Below are positions 25,133-34,432 of a DNA stretch of 46,602 nt, in pieces. The DNA is from a virus, in UHGV virus genome UHGV-0186543; one strand, written 5' to 3'. Made by a program: the position numbers and the translations under genes. A model generated the notes under the pieces. It was not told where the DNA came from. It searched no databases and saw nothing but the letters and a program-made list of their open reading frames with translations. Position 1 is the first letter of the stretch, and each line of letters begins with the position of its first letter.

Positions 25133-25158
25133 TAACAAAAAAGAGCCTTTCGGCTCTT
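25133..25158 (-). terminator. intrinsic terminator after the major capsid gene
   Basis: Minus strand: AAGAGCC-gaaa-GGCTCTT followed by TTTTTGTT. Confidence 0.7.
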
Positions 25159-26191
25159 ACGCGATTTTTACGACAACGAACGCGTCGGCATCCGTGAGGA
25201 CCATTGCTGGCGCGGATTGCGTCATTGTTTGCGTCACTGCCGGATCACCGGTAGTGGTCCAGACTTTTGGATAGCGCGTCGCTTCGCAAATACCCTCTTT
25301 CAAAGCGTCTTCGTCCTGGATTGCGCCATAAGTGCGGAGTCCGCGATTTTTTGTGTTGCCCAAAATCATCGTGCTATCCGGCATATAACGCTTTTCAGTG
25401 CCTGTCTCTGGATCGATGTATTGTCCTTTGTAGACAAACAACGCTGTGTCGCCGTAATAGCCCTTAAAGCTAACGACGTCGCCCAGGTTTTTCAGCGCGA
25501 CTTCGAGCTGGCTGTTTGAGCCACGGCGCGTATCCAGTGCCGTCCAGAACTTTTTAAAACGCTTCAACTGCTTCCAGGCTTTACCATCCATAATGATGAC
25601 GTTAACAGCACCGGATGCAAGGTCCGCATAAGATTCGATATCGTCGCTCGGGTCATACGTTTCCGCATCCTGAGTCGACCAAGCTGTCGAACCGGACTGA
25701 GTGACGTTATTCGTCGCGCTGCGGCTCATGTCGATCTCATAGGTCTCGATATTGCTGCCGGAAACTGTGTATTTACCGTACAGAACAGCCTGTACCGCCT
25801 GATATTCTTCGAGCTGGCTGATGCTCAGTTCCTCATCGAGCAGGTTCTGCATGATGAGTTTGGCGCGACGAATTACGGGAGTTAATGGCTCACTAATCGG
25901 CTCTCCGCCGGCGCGCTTGATGCTCATATTCGGATTGATCGTGTGTTTCGGCTTCGTGTAACCCGGTTTGAAATGGTTCGTTGAATAGCCGCGAGTGCGG
26001 TCAACTTTGCCGGTGATCATCGGCGCGCAGTACACAGCCATATTCACTTTTCCCGGGATTTTATCCAGAAAAACCTCTTCGCTCGTAAACGTGTATGTCT
26101 CACGGAAAAAAAGTCTTAAAAATAACGGATTGAACTTAAATACCTGCTGTGTCGCGGTAATGAGTTCTGACGTAGTAAACGAATCGCTCAT
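25157..26191 (-). CDS. major capsid protein (lambda gpE family)
   Basis: 344 aa. FKFNPLFLRLFFRETYTFTSEEVFLDKIPGKVNMAVY closely parallels lambda gpE FKFDPLFLRLFFRESYPFTTEKVYLSQIPGLVNMALY. Confidence 0.95.
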   Translation of the reverse strand: MSDSFTTSELITATQQVFKFNPLFLRLFFRETYTFTSEEVFLDKIPGKVNMAVYCAPMITGKVDRTRGYSTNHFKPGYTKPKHTINPNMSIKRAGGEPISEPLTPVIRRAKLIMQNLLDEELSISQLEEYQAVQAVLYGKYTVSGSNIETYEIDMSRSATNNVTQSGSTAWSTQDAETYDPSDDIESYADLASGAVNVIIMDGKAWKQLKRFKKFWTALDTRRGSNSQLEVALKNLGDVVSFKGYYGDTALFVYKGQYIDPETGTEKRYMPDSTMILGNTKNRGLRTYGAIQDEDALKEGICEATRYPKVWTTTGDPAVTQTMTQSAPAMVLTDADAFVVVKIA

Positions 26192-26204
26192 TTATATATC
26201 CTGT

Positions 26205-26230
26205 ATAAAAAAACCGCCCGGAGGCGGCTT
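26205..26230 (-). terminator. hairpin terminator between the decoration and capsid genes
   Basis: CCGCC-cgga-GGCGG (26214-26227) flanked by an A-run and a T-run (U-tract on either strand). Confidence 0.6.
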
Positions 26231-26250
26231 GTTTTGAGTTTTTTTTGCTA

Positions 26251-26580
26251 TCAGCCGACGCTGACTGGCGTACCCGCAAACGCTGATTTGCGTTTAGCTA
26301 CGTCGGTAACAGTACCCCAGTTAATCGCCGTATAACGGAACGAGCCTGATTTGTAGTACGAGCAGTCTGCAGAACTTGCACCAGTGTTTACCGCTGTTGC
26401 CGTCAACCCAATGGCCTTTCCTACTGAACCATCCCAGACCTTGAGCGTCCCAACGCTTGTATCGAGCATAATCGGAGTCAATCGTGGAACGTTGATCCCA
26501 CCCTGAAAATGGCCAATAGTCGTAACAACAAGATCTGGACCCAGAATAAAATCGTCCGGACTGTATGTTTCAGTTGTCAT
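26251..26580 (-). CDS. head decoration protein (lambda gpD family)
   Basis: LTPIMLDTSVGTLKVWDG ... YYKSGSFRY ... KRKSAFAGTPVSV parallels lambda gpD. Confidence 0.9.
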   Translation of the reverse strand: MTTETYSPDDFILGPDLVVTTIGHFQGGINVPRLTPIMLDTSVGTLKVWDGSVGKAIGLTATAVNTGASSADCSYYKSGSFRYTAINWGTVTDVAKRKSAFAGTPVSVG

Positions 26581-27890
26581 TATTCATCCCCTAAAATTGA
26601 ACGCCCTGCCGCGACGAGCATCGAGACGTTTGCGGTTGTTCCTATTACCGTCGTGCTGCCGGCATCCTGAATAGTCGCCGGTGATTCAGTGCTCATTAGT
26701 GTATCGAGCGCCGTTTCTGTCCGCGCCTGCGCCGTTTGCGGTGCTGCCGCAAGGACCACCTGTGCCTGTTCGACGGTCATCCCGGGGACGCCGGCGAGCG
26801 CTTTTGCCTGCGCCTCGCGCCCGACCGCTTCGGGACAATTGATGATGGCCATCACGCGCGCCAGTTCGCTCGATGCGGCGTCCGCGCGAATCTGCTCCGT
26901 GTTGAACTCAACCGGCGCGTCCGTAGTCGTGGTCGCGGTTTGTTCTGTGGTCGTGGTCTCCGCCGTGGTTTCTGTTGTACCTGGCATAAATCGCTCCATT
27001 TTTGGTTTCAGTGCGTCGGCCATAACTGCGATAGCGTCCGCGTAATTAACGAGTTGATCAGCGAGACCAGATTTAATCGCGTCCGCGCCGATAAATACTG
27101 CAGCTTCCGTGGCCAGCACCCTGGATTTTTTCAGCCCGGTATAATCCGAGACTTTTTGCGCGAACTGCTCGCGCGTGCTGTTAATACTCAGCTGGAATTC
27201 GTCGCGAACGTCGTCGGGCAGCTGGGAATACGGGTTCCCGTCGACTTTGTGCGCGCCGGCGTAAATCAGCGTCACGTCAACGCCGGCAATCTCCAGCGCC
27301 TTTTCGACGCAGCGGTGAGCCATCAGGACACCAATTGAACCAACCGTGCCGGTCTGCGTTATCAGCCGGCGCGAACACGCTGACGCCAGCAAATATGCGG
27401 CGCTGCAGGCCGTATCGCTGGCCAGCGCCCACACCGGTTTTTGCTCTCGCGCCCGGGCGATTAAATCAGCGGTATCAAACGCGCCGGCGACCTCACCACC
27501 TGGGGAGTCAATATCCAGCAAAATCCCCTTAACATCGGGATCAGAAATCGCCTGCTGCAGGCGTTTTACGATTCCGTCGTAACCGCTCATACCGCTAACC
27601 GGATTGATATAACCCAATTTATGAACCAGTGTCCCGGTAACCGGCAGAACAGCTATACCACGCTCCACGCGGTACGATTTCTGACGTGTTCGCTCGCTGC
27701 TGTCCCACCCCATCGCGAGGGCGTTCATTTCGTCGCTGTTCATTACCTCTCCAGACGCTGTATCAATCAGTCGCCCGGTACCGAACCGGTCGCTCAGCGC
27801 AGAAAAAAATACCCGCGCGTAGGCGGGCTCCAGCAAAAGCGGTTGATTGAACGCCCTGGCGGCGAGGTGCGGAAAATTGTTCCACGGCAT
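26580..27890 (-). CDS. head maturation protease / scaffold (lambda gpC, S49 ClpP-type)
   Basis: 436 aa. S49 peptidase core (GILLDIDSPGGEVAG, ACSAAYLLASA). Positioned between portal and decoration genes. Confidence 0.9.
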   Translation of the reverse strand: MPWNNFPHLAARAFNQPLLLEPAYARVFFSALSDRFGTGRLIDTASGEVMNSDEMNALAMGWDSSERTRQKSYRVERGIAVLPVTGTLVHKLGYINPVSGMSGYDGIVKRLQQAISDPDVKGILLDIDSPGGEVAGAFDTADLIARAREQKPVWALASDTACSAAYLLASACSRRLITQTGTVGSIGVLMAHRCVEKALEIAGVDVTLIYAGAHKVDGNPYSQLPDDVRDEFQLSINSTREQFAQKVSDYTGLKKSRVLATEAAVFIGADAIKSGLADQLVNYADAIAVMADALKPKMERFMPGTTETTAETTTTEQTATTTTDAPVEFNTEQIRADAASSELARVMAIINCPEAVGREAQAKALAGVPGMTVEQAQVVLAAAPQTAQARTETALDTLMSTESPATIQDAGSTTVIGTTANVSMLVAAGRSILGDE

Positions 27891-29464
27891 CAGTTACCTC
27901 CCCAGCCGTTATCGTTGGTATTTGAGGGGTGAGATACAGACCATGACGGTTCGCTCAGCCCCATTTCACGCCGGCGCTGAATTTCGTATTCCTGTTGCTC
28001 CATAACCTCTTCGTAGTCCTGCCCCTGCAGCGCTAGTTCGTTCTGATACGTACTGAGGCCGGTTGTGATTCGCATGGCACTCTCCTGGACCTCTTTCAGC
28101 CCATCGATAGCCATACGGCCAGCGCCGATCCAGAGAGAGTTAGTCCAAGAGTTCCGCGCCTCGTAAAACGACCGAACCGCGGAGCGGGGCAGAGTGATAA
28201 TCCCGCGCGCCAGCGCCTCCTCAAACCAGCAGCAAAACATCAGTGACGCCTGGCGCGCAGCGATAAAACGTCGACGCCCCATAAAAAATCGCCAGCTCAC
28301 GTTCGCGCTAGCGCGTGCGCTGGAGTAACTGACCTGACTGTAGTCCCGGCTCAGTTCCTCATATGACGCTCCGACGCCGGCAGCAACGTAACGCAGGAGT
28401 GATTTTTCCAGTGAACTAAAACCAGCGTCAGCGTTCTGAGCGGTCTGTAAACTGAGTTTGTCGCCAGGGTGCAGGTGAGGAACTTTCACGCCACCGAGCT
28501 TGATATTTGCGCCGTTGTAGTACGTCACGTAACTCTGAATAAACGAATTCAGCGGGTTCGAGTCGATATCAGTACCCGCGCCGGCGATATATTCAAACGC
28601 CTGCTGGCTGTCGAGCTCTGATTCGATTGTCGCGGCATACATCGCCTTCACAATGGCGCTCTGCAGTTGTGTTTGCTGCAGCGTGTCGAGCATTTTCAGA
28701 CGCTCCATCACGCTGTAGAAAATGTTGTCGCCTCGGGTTTGCCCATCCTCGAGCGGCTCGAATATGTGAATGAATGCGTGTCTGCCGCTGCTGAGCTGCG
28801 CTGGTATACGCCGGCACTTGCCGACTCCACCGAGTGGATAGGTGTCCTCGGCTATCCAGTAGCCCACTGCGGCTCCATTTTTATCAATATCAACACCGGC
28901 GCGGCGAAATTGAGTGTCAGCTGCGTAACCGGGGTTTCGAATTCGTTTCGGTGAGATCATTTTGAATCGCGTCCGAAAAACGCTGCCAGCACTGCTTTCC
29001 CAGACCGGTTGTACGCAGGTTTCACCATTAAACGCGTGAGTTGCCACGCCCTCGCGGATCATCATTGTGAACGTCCGTTTCCGCTCGATATCAATCGTGC
29101 AGTGAGGGTCCTCAGCGTATTCAGTCCACGCTACTTCGACGTCACGCGCCAGCGCCCTGGCGTCCTCGCGGGATATCCCGAGGTAACGCCAGTTAGGGCG
29201 ATAACTCAACTTAAACAGATTGCCGACGATATGATCCTGGTGCAGCTGCACGGCGTTCGATGCAACGCCGTTATTGCGAACGAGATCGTCTGCTCGCGCG
29301 TTACCGCGATAAAAATTTGGCAGCAGTGCTGCGTCGGCGCTCTGCTGTGGTGCGTTCCAGTCAATCAGCTGGCCACCGAAACCGGGACCGCCGCCGTTAT
29401 ACCCCGCGTAACGGCGTAGTGGCGTTTTACCGTCAGGCCCGAGCAGCTGCTGCTGAGCAGTCAT
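27890..29464 (-). CDS. portal protein (lambda gpB family)
   Basis: 524 aa, following gpW and terminase in lambda order. Confidence 0.9.
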   Translation of the reverse strand: MTAQQQLLGPDGKTPLRRYAGYNGGGPGFGGQLIDWNAPQQSADAALLPNFYRGNARADDLVRNNGVASNAVQLHQDHIVGNLFKLSYRPNWRYLGISREDARALARDVEVAWTEYAEDPHCTIDIERKRTFTMMIREGVATHAFNGETCVQPVWESSAGSVFRTRFKMISPKRIRNPGYAADTQFRRAGVDIDKNGAAVGYWIAEDTYPLGGVGKCRRIPAQLSSGRHAFIHIFEPLEDGQTRGDNIFYSVMERLKMLDTLQQTQLQSAIVKAMYAATIESELDSQQAFEYIAGAGTDIDSNPLNSFIQSYVTYYNGANIKLGGVKVPHLHPGDKLSLQTAQNADAGFSSLEKSLLRYVAAGVGASYEELSRDYSQVSYSSARASANVSWRFFMGRRRFIAARQASLMFCCWFEEALARGIITLPRSAVRSFYEARNSWTNSLWIGAGRMAIDGLKEVQESAMRITTGLSTYQNELALQGQDYEEVMEQQEYEIQRRREMGLSEPSWSVSHPSNTNDNGWGGN

Positions 29465-29694
29465 AATCGAACTCCCACGGGACGGCGGCGTCCCGTACTC
29501 AGACCGAGCTGTGATTTCAGCTCGATGATGTACGTTCGGAGCTGCTCAATACTCGACTGGGAGTACTGATAGCTCCGGTTATTTCCTGCTGAATCGCCGT
29601 GAGACAGCGACACGGTCGATTTACCCGTTAATAATTTGTGCAGAGCGATTTCCGCTTCCAGCAGTCGTTCCGTTAAAACCTCGCGCGACGTCAT
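29461..29694 (-). CDS. head-tail joining protein W (lambda gpW-like)
   Basis: 77 aa. LLEAEIALHKLLTGKSTVSL ... IEQLRTYIIELKSQLG parallels lambda gpW. Confidence 0.8.
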   Translation of the reverse strand: MTSREVLTERLLEAEIALHKLLTGKSTVSLSHGDSAGNNRSYQYSQSSIEQLRTYIIELKSQLGLSTGRRRPVGVRL

Positions 29695-31655
29695 TAGCTC
29701 CCTCCGAGCATTCTCGCCATCTCCTCGAGAGACAGTTTGTTTTGTGATTTTTTCCGTTGCTCAGCGAGCGTCTCGAGATTGAGCTGGAAACGAATTTTAC
29801 TGATACGCAGCGCTGCCAGCCCGTACACCCAACAGTCGAGCGCCTCATTTCGCCGGCCCTGGTTGTCCCAGCGATAAACGACGCGACCGTTAATGAGTTT
29901 CGGGATCAGTACCTCGGAGACGAGCTGCTTTGCTTCTGTCGTGCCGAATATTTCGTCGTCGTTGGGAAAATGAATCGCACCTGGTGTCGCCGATTTAGAG
30001 TCAGGTTCCAGCTGCAGGCGCATCGCGAGCAAATCTTTTGCCGTGTCAGTACCGATTAACGATAAATAAACTTTATTCGCGTTACGGGTACGCGGCATAT
30101 TTACGACCGGCTGGCCGTATGAGCTCGCGCCTTTGATCGGAATGACCCACAGCGGACCGAGTTTCAGCGAGCGGTTATAAACGACCTGCGCGTCTATACC
30201 ACCGGTATCCCACGCCCAGCGACTGACACCGATTGTGGTCCCGTCGCTGCGCCGGTATTGTTTGCGAATGACACCGTCGACGCGCTGCAGCGTGTCCTCC
30301 TCGTCGTAGCGACCGAGGACGATTGTTTTATCAATCAACCAGCACTCTTCCTCGGCTCCCCAGCCCCATACGTAACACTCGTAGCGCCCGGACGTCTGAG
30401 AGTCGATGCCACCGGTCAGATAAACAACACCGTCAGGAACCTGGCTGGCGTATTTTTCCCGGCGATTAACGAGAATATCGTGCTCCAGCTGCTCGCTGGC
30501 TACGTCGCTCCAGAGTTCGCCGAGCGTCGTGTTATGAAACGTCTTCTCCTTGAGCGGGTCACCTTTCGCTTTCAGCCACTCGCTGACAATCTCGCCCCAG
30601 CCGTCGAGATTCAGTGAATACAGGGCGTTTATCACGATCGCCGCGTGTTTCGGCGCGCGAACGACGCCACCGTCGTGATCAAAAAAATGAATGCCGTCCC
30701 GCGTCCAGGTGCAGTCCTCTGCTATCCAGCGCCCCGCGAGCTCCATTTTTTCGAGATCGCGATAGTAAAAATGCTCAGGACAGTGGCAGCACTGGTAATA
30801 CGCGGACGACGATTTCGCCTCATTGGTCTGTAAGCTGTTATCCCATTTGAGGCCGTATTCGATACCGTCGAAACCAAATACCAGGACCTGCTCCTCGCCA
30901 CAATGAGGGCATTTCAGGTAAAAACGAAACGTCAGATCGGCGGCATCCTCCAGCATTTCGATATGACTTTTGCCGGTAACGGTCGGCGTCGAACCAAAAA
31001 TCGCCTTCGGGTACGCTGCCCCTTTAATTCGAACGAGCGCCATTTCGATGGGCGAGCCCTCGCCTTTGCCTTTTTTGGCAACTTCCAGCGGCCAGCCGTC
31101 AACTTCGTCACCCTCGACAACCTGTTTCGTTAGTCGCCGGAAATTTCCTGGTGCACTCGCGCCGCGAAAATCAAGAATCGCGCCGCTCATTTCTTTACGC
31201 TGGAGATTGTTACGCTCGTTGCTTTTATCCCAGTCGGGGAAAATTTTCTGAATCACCGGCATTTCGGCGATAGCGGGGTCAACCTCGTCGGCGACAAACC
31301 CATCCGATTCGTCATCGATAGGCTGATAGACCACGGCACTACGTTTTTTGTGCTCAGCGAAATAGAGCAGCGCCGCGACGAGTATTTTTGTATAACCGAG
31401 ACGAGCTGATTTGCGAACAGACACGATTTTTATCACGTCGTTAGTCATCATATTGAGCATCACTACCTGGACCGGCTGAGTCGTCCAGTGGCCAGCGATG
31501 TGGCTGGAGCCCTCAGGGAGATAAAAATGTTTATCAGCCCACTCAACCCCCGTCATCGGTATCGTCACGCGCAAGGGATTCAACCCTGTCGAGATCGCGT
31601 TCGATATCGCTGACATCGTAATCGCTGAAGTCGACTCGTATGTCTGCCAGTTCAT
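29694..31655 (-). CDS. terL: terminase large subunit (lambda gpA family)
   Basis: 653 aa. GVEWADKHFYLPEGS, CPHCGEEQVLVFG, TFHNTTLGELW and RNEALDCWVYGLAALRIS match lambda gpA blocks. Confidence 0.95.
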   Translation of the reverse strand: MNWQTYESTSAITMSAISNAISTGLNPLRVTIPMTGVEWADKHFYLPEGSSHIAGHWTTQPVQVVMLNMMTNDVIKIVSVRKSARLGYTKILVAALLYFAEHKKRSAVVYQPIDDESDGFVADEVDPAIAEMPVIQKIFPDWDKSNERNNLQRKEMSGAILDFRGASAPGNFRRLTKQVVEGDEVDGWPLEVAKKGKGEGSPIEMALVRIKGAAYPKAIFGSTPTVTGKSHIEMLEDAADLTFRFYLKCPHCGEEQVLVFGFDGIEYGLKWDNSLQTNEAKSSSAYYQCCHCPEHFYYRDLEKMELAGRWIAEDCTWTRDGIHFFDHDGGVVRAPKHAAIVINALYSLNLDGWGEIVSEWLKAKGDPLKEKTFHNTTLGELWSDVASEQLEHDILVNRREKYASQVPDGVVYLTGGIDSQTSGRYECYVWGWGAEEECWLIDKTIVLGRYDEEDTLQRVDGVIRKQYRRSDGTTIGVSRWAWDTGGIDAQVVYNRSLKLGPLWVIPIKGASSYGQPVVNMPRTRNANKVYLSLIGTDTAKDLLAMRLQLEPDSKSATPGAIHFPNDDEIFGTTEAKQLVSEVLIPKLINGRVVYRWDNQGRRNEALDCWVYGLAALRISKIRFQLNLETLAEQRKKSQNKLSLEEMARMLGGS

Positions 31656-32109
31656 TCAGGGCTATCGCCAGCTCCTCTCGTAATACACTGCTCGCCTCCT
31701 GCGGCATTTCAGGCCACACCTTTTTCAATCGTGGTGGCCACGACTCGACGCGGGTACGTAATTCAACGGCGACGCGAGATACAGCGACGCTAATTAATTC
31801 AATTGGCGCGTAGCGTTTAGCGAGAATGCGGCGTTTTACTCGTGCCATCAGGATTCGCTCCTGTCGTTCCTCATTTTTCAGCCACTGCTCGCGATTTTTT
31901 TCGGGAGAATTGTCCCCCGCTTCCGGTTCGTCTGTACCAATTGTGTCGCGTCTATTGCTCCGGAGATAATGAATATAAAAATGGCGCCAGGCATCAAGGT
32001 CCCAATCGCCACGTCCTTGGGGGACTGGAGCTCCCGGAAGTTTTGCGAGATCGCGCAGACGACGATCAGATAGCAGTAAATGTGCTGCAACCTCAGCCTG
32101 ACTTGCCAT
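31543..32109 (-). CDS. terS: terminase small subunit (Nu1-like)
   Basis: 188 aa with an N-terminal HTH-like segment. Lies upstream of, and overlaps, the large subunit gene, next to the cos-like sequence. Confidence 0.75.
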   Translation of the reverse strand: MASQAEVAAHLLLSDRRLRDLAKLPGAPVPQGRGDWDLDAWRHFYIHYLRSNRRDTIGTDEPEAGDNSPEKNREQWLKNEERQERILMARVKRRILAKRYAPIELISVAVSRVAVELRTRVESWPPRLKKVWPEMPQEASSVLREELAIALNELADIRVDFSDYDVSDIERDLDRVESLARDDTDDGG

Positions 32110-32204
32110 TAAAAATCCTCACCGGAACCGGAAACACCCAAAATGAAAAAATACTAAAAACGAGCGAGTTTTTGCGCGTCTACCGACCCTCGGTGTTTTG
32201 GATT

Positions 32205-32245
32205 TCGGAAAGGACCCGCGACCAGGGGGGCTATCTCCCTTTCAG
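32205..32245 (-). other. putative cos (cohesive end) region
   Basis: The minus strand reads CCCCCCTGGTCGCGGGTCCTTTCCG. TCGCGGGT matches lambda left-end CCTCGCGGGTTTTCG, and GGGTCCTTTCCG equals a 12-mer near the lambda right end as I recall it. Lies about 100 bp upstream of the Nu1-like gene. Confidence 0.35.
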
Positions 32246-32481
32246 GACAGGAATCGGGGGCTCTCATCAGGTTCATCAAACTCGACTGTAGCCTCGCGGC
32301 GTACTTGTTTGCATACATCAGCTTTGTGTATCTGATTATCAGCGTAAGCTTTCACTTTGGCTGCGAGCCATCCTTTTGCGCTGTATCGATAGACTACCGA
32401 ACAATGTTTTCCCTATGTGTATATATCTTGAAATTATTGATATTCTTACAGAAAAGCAACAACCATGAGCACACAAAAAAA

Positions 32482-32727
32482 ATGAACAAAGAAAAAATCG
32501 AAGCCTTAATGAGCGTAATATTAAAAGAAGCTGACCCCAAAAAATTTCCTGAGAAGTTATCAGAGGACGCCATCGTATCTTTTTATCGTGCGAACTCCTC
32601 TTACCTACATTGTCCAACTTTAAGAGAATGGTTAAGCGGCGAAGCAGAGCCTTCAGATGAGATACTTGAGGAGATTATGATTCAGAACAACTGGCGCGCA
32701 ACTAAATGGTCAAATCGGTTACCTTAA
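32482..32727 (+). CDS. hypothetical moron protein (81 aa)
   Basis: Start at ATG 32482 (MNKEKIEALMSVILKE...). AT-rich and on the opposite strand to the flanking late genes. Confidence 0.5.
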   Translation: MNKEKIEALMSVILKEADPKKFPEKLSEDAIVSFYRANSSYLHCPTLREWLSGEAEPSDEILEEIMIQNNWRATKWSNRLP

Positions 32728-32995
32728 CCTGTTGAATGTGTGCCGCCTTAAAACTAAAAGGCGGCCTCTCGTTTAAGTAAAGCGTCTCTTTCATCAGCCA
32801 CCAGCTCTTTGGCACATTGCGCAGTTGTTTTTTATACGTCGGCGAGCTGTTGCGAAGCTCAGTCCCTGCGCGTCACACCATTCTTTCGGTGATATACATG
32901 ATTTGACGTACTCGGACAGGAATCGCTTCTGAAGCTCAAGCCCAGTCCCGGTTTGCTCATGTAATTAAATCCTACTGTATTCTCATGGTGCCCAG

Positions 32996-33337
32996 ATGTC
33001 GTCTATGCTTTTAACTCGAACATTCAATGAAGAGAAATGCTCTATGGTTATTGGTATGCAGGAATCAAAAAATTGCCCTGTATGCGGCTCTGATGCCACA
33101 TGGACAAATCACGATACGTGCTGGAAAATTCATTGCAGTGGTTTTTGCGGTGATTTTTTAATCACAACCACTACAATAAATTATCTGAAGGGCGATGCAC
33201 TAAGGCGTCTTGATGCCAACGATCTCTTAAGAGAGCCAACAACACTCAAGACACCTTTAACAAACAAAATCCTTGCTGAATATGCTCGTACAAAACATCC
33301 CGTGCACATCTTTGAAGGTCACTATCCGGGCTATTAG
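32996..33337 (+). CDS. hypothetical zinc-ribbon-like protein (113 aa)
   Basis: CPVCGS ... CWKIHCSGFCG cysteine cluster. Opposite strand to the late genes. Confidence 0.5.
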   Translation: MSSMLLTRTFNEEKCSMVIGMQESKNCPVCGSDATWTNHDTCWKIHCSGFCGDFLITTTTINYLKGDALRRLDANDLLREPTTLKTPLTNKILAEYARTKHPVHIFEGHYPGY

Positions 33338-33612
33338 TCAGTGCTAGTAACTTTCGAAATAGGAGAAATTTTAGATGTGTGATAATTCATCTCGTCGATA
33401 GTCTGAGGAATTAACTCACTCGCGCCATTTGCAACTGCAACGCGATAATGCGGTCCATTCCATCGACTAAAATCGGAGCGCTCATAAATTACTACCTCAT
33501 CCCCCACAGAAACCCTTAACTCCGTGCTACCTACGGGTTCAATAGCGGAATTAGAATAAATGTCTTCAACACGACCGTGAAAAGGCCCTCCAACGAACAA
33601 AAACTGTGACAT
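33334..33612 (-). CDS. hypothetical protein (92 aa)
   Basis: ATG start. Convergent with, and overlapping by 4 nt, the 113-aa ORF. Confidence 0.5.
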   Translation of the reverse strand: MSQFLFVGGPFHGRVEDIYSNSAIEPVGSTELRVSVGDEVVIYERSDFSRWNGPHYRVAVANGASELIPQTIDEMNYHTSKISPISKVTSTD

Positions 33613-33750
33613 ATAATTTCCTATTAAAAAATAACCAGTTAAATCGGCATTTAAAAATATGTCATATTTATGATTCTGTCTTTAGCACCTTTGTGTGGTC
33701 AGGTTGCCTGGGCCAAATGACCAATCATCAATTCATTAAGATAAATTACC

Positions 33751-33945
33751 CTATTTTCCAACGGGGCATGAAGCCACTGCCCCGGTAGAATCAATACAAC
33801 CACCGTCCGCAGTGGTAATTTTCGTACCCGGCGTGATCATCACGTGTTTAATACTGCTGCCGTCAGCGCGAGTCGCTTCGGTGTATGTCGAATGTGTGCA
33901 GCCTGCCATCGTGAAGAACGCGACAGCTAAGGGAAGTTTTTTCAC
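33751..33945 (-). CDS. small lipoprotein downstream of the endolysin (possible o-spanin analogue)
   Basis: 64 aa with signal peptide plus lipobox FTMAGC. Occupies the position of Rz/Rz1 but is not proline-rich, and no i-spanin partner is seen. Confidence 0.55.
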   Translation of the reverse strand: MKKLPLAVAFFTMAGCTHSTYTEATRADGSSIKHVMITPGTKITTADGGCIDSTGAVASCPVGK

Positions 33946-33952
33946 GTTTTAC

Positions 33953-34432
33953 CTACGCTTCTGAGATAGATTTCTCAGCATTCACCAATGGAAGTGATTG
34001 TGGAACATCCGTTTGACCTGCTGGCCAGCGATAGCCAGTAACGCGTGAGCTCGGAAACGCTTTGATATTCACTGCGTCTGCCTGGTTGCCACCCAAAATC
34101 ATTAAATCCCCGGCGGCATTTTTCCCGACAACAAAACCAACGTGGCCACCGCCAGACCGAGACAGAATAGCAATGCATCCATAGGCGGGCTCCTTCAGTT
34201 CATTACCCCAATCGAGATAAGAATTCGCAGACTCAAAACGCGTTGAGCGAATACCTACACGTTCCAGCATTGCTCCGGTGAAGGCAGCGCACCACGGGGT
34301 TTCATCATTCATAATGCCGCCGCGTTTGATATCTTTCCAGTACTGCACAATTTCTGCAGCATGTTGCTTCCCTTTCATTTCCCGAATGCCGAGGTTTTTT
34401 CGAGCCTCAATTAGCCATTTAGGATCCGTCAT
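33953..34432 (-). CDS. endolysin, NlpC/P60-CHAP-like cysteine peptidase (TIGR02594-type)
   Basis: 159 aa. Candidate catalytic Cys in ETPWCAAF and His in GGGHVGFVVG. Directly downstream of two holin-like genes. Confidence 0.7.
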   Translation of the reverse strand: MTDPKWLIEARKNLGIREMKGKQHAAEIVQYWKDIKRGGIMNDETPWCAAFTGAMLERVGIRSTRFESANSYLDWGNELKEPAYGCIAILSRSGGGHVGFVVGKNAAGDLMILGGNQADAVNIKAFPSSRVTGYRWPAGQTDVPQSLPLVNAEKSISEA

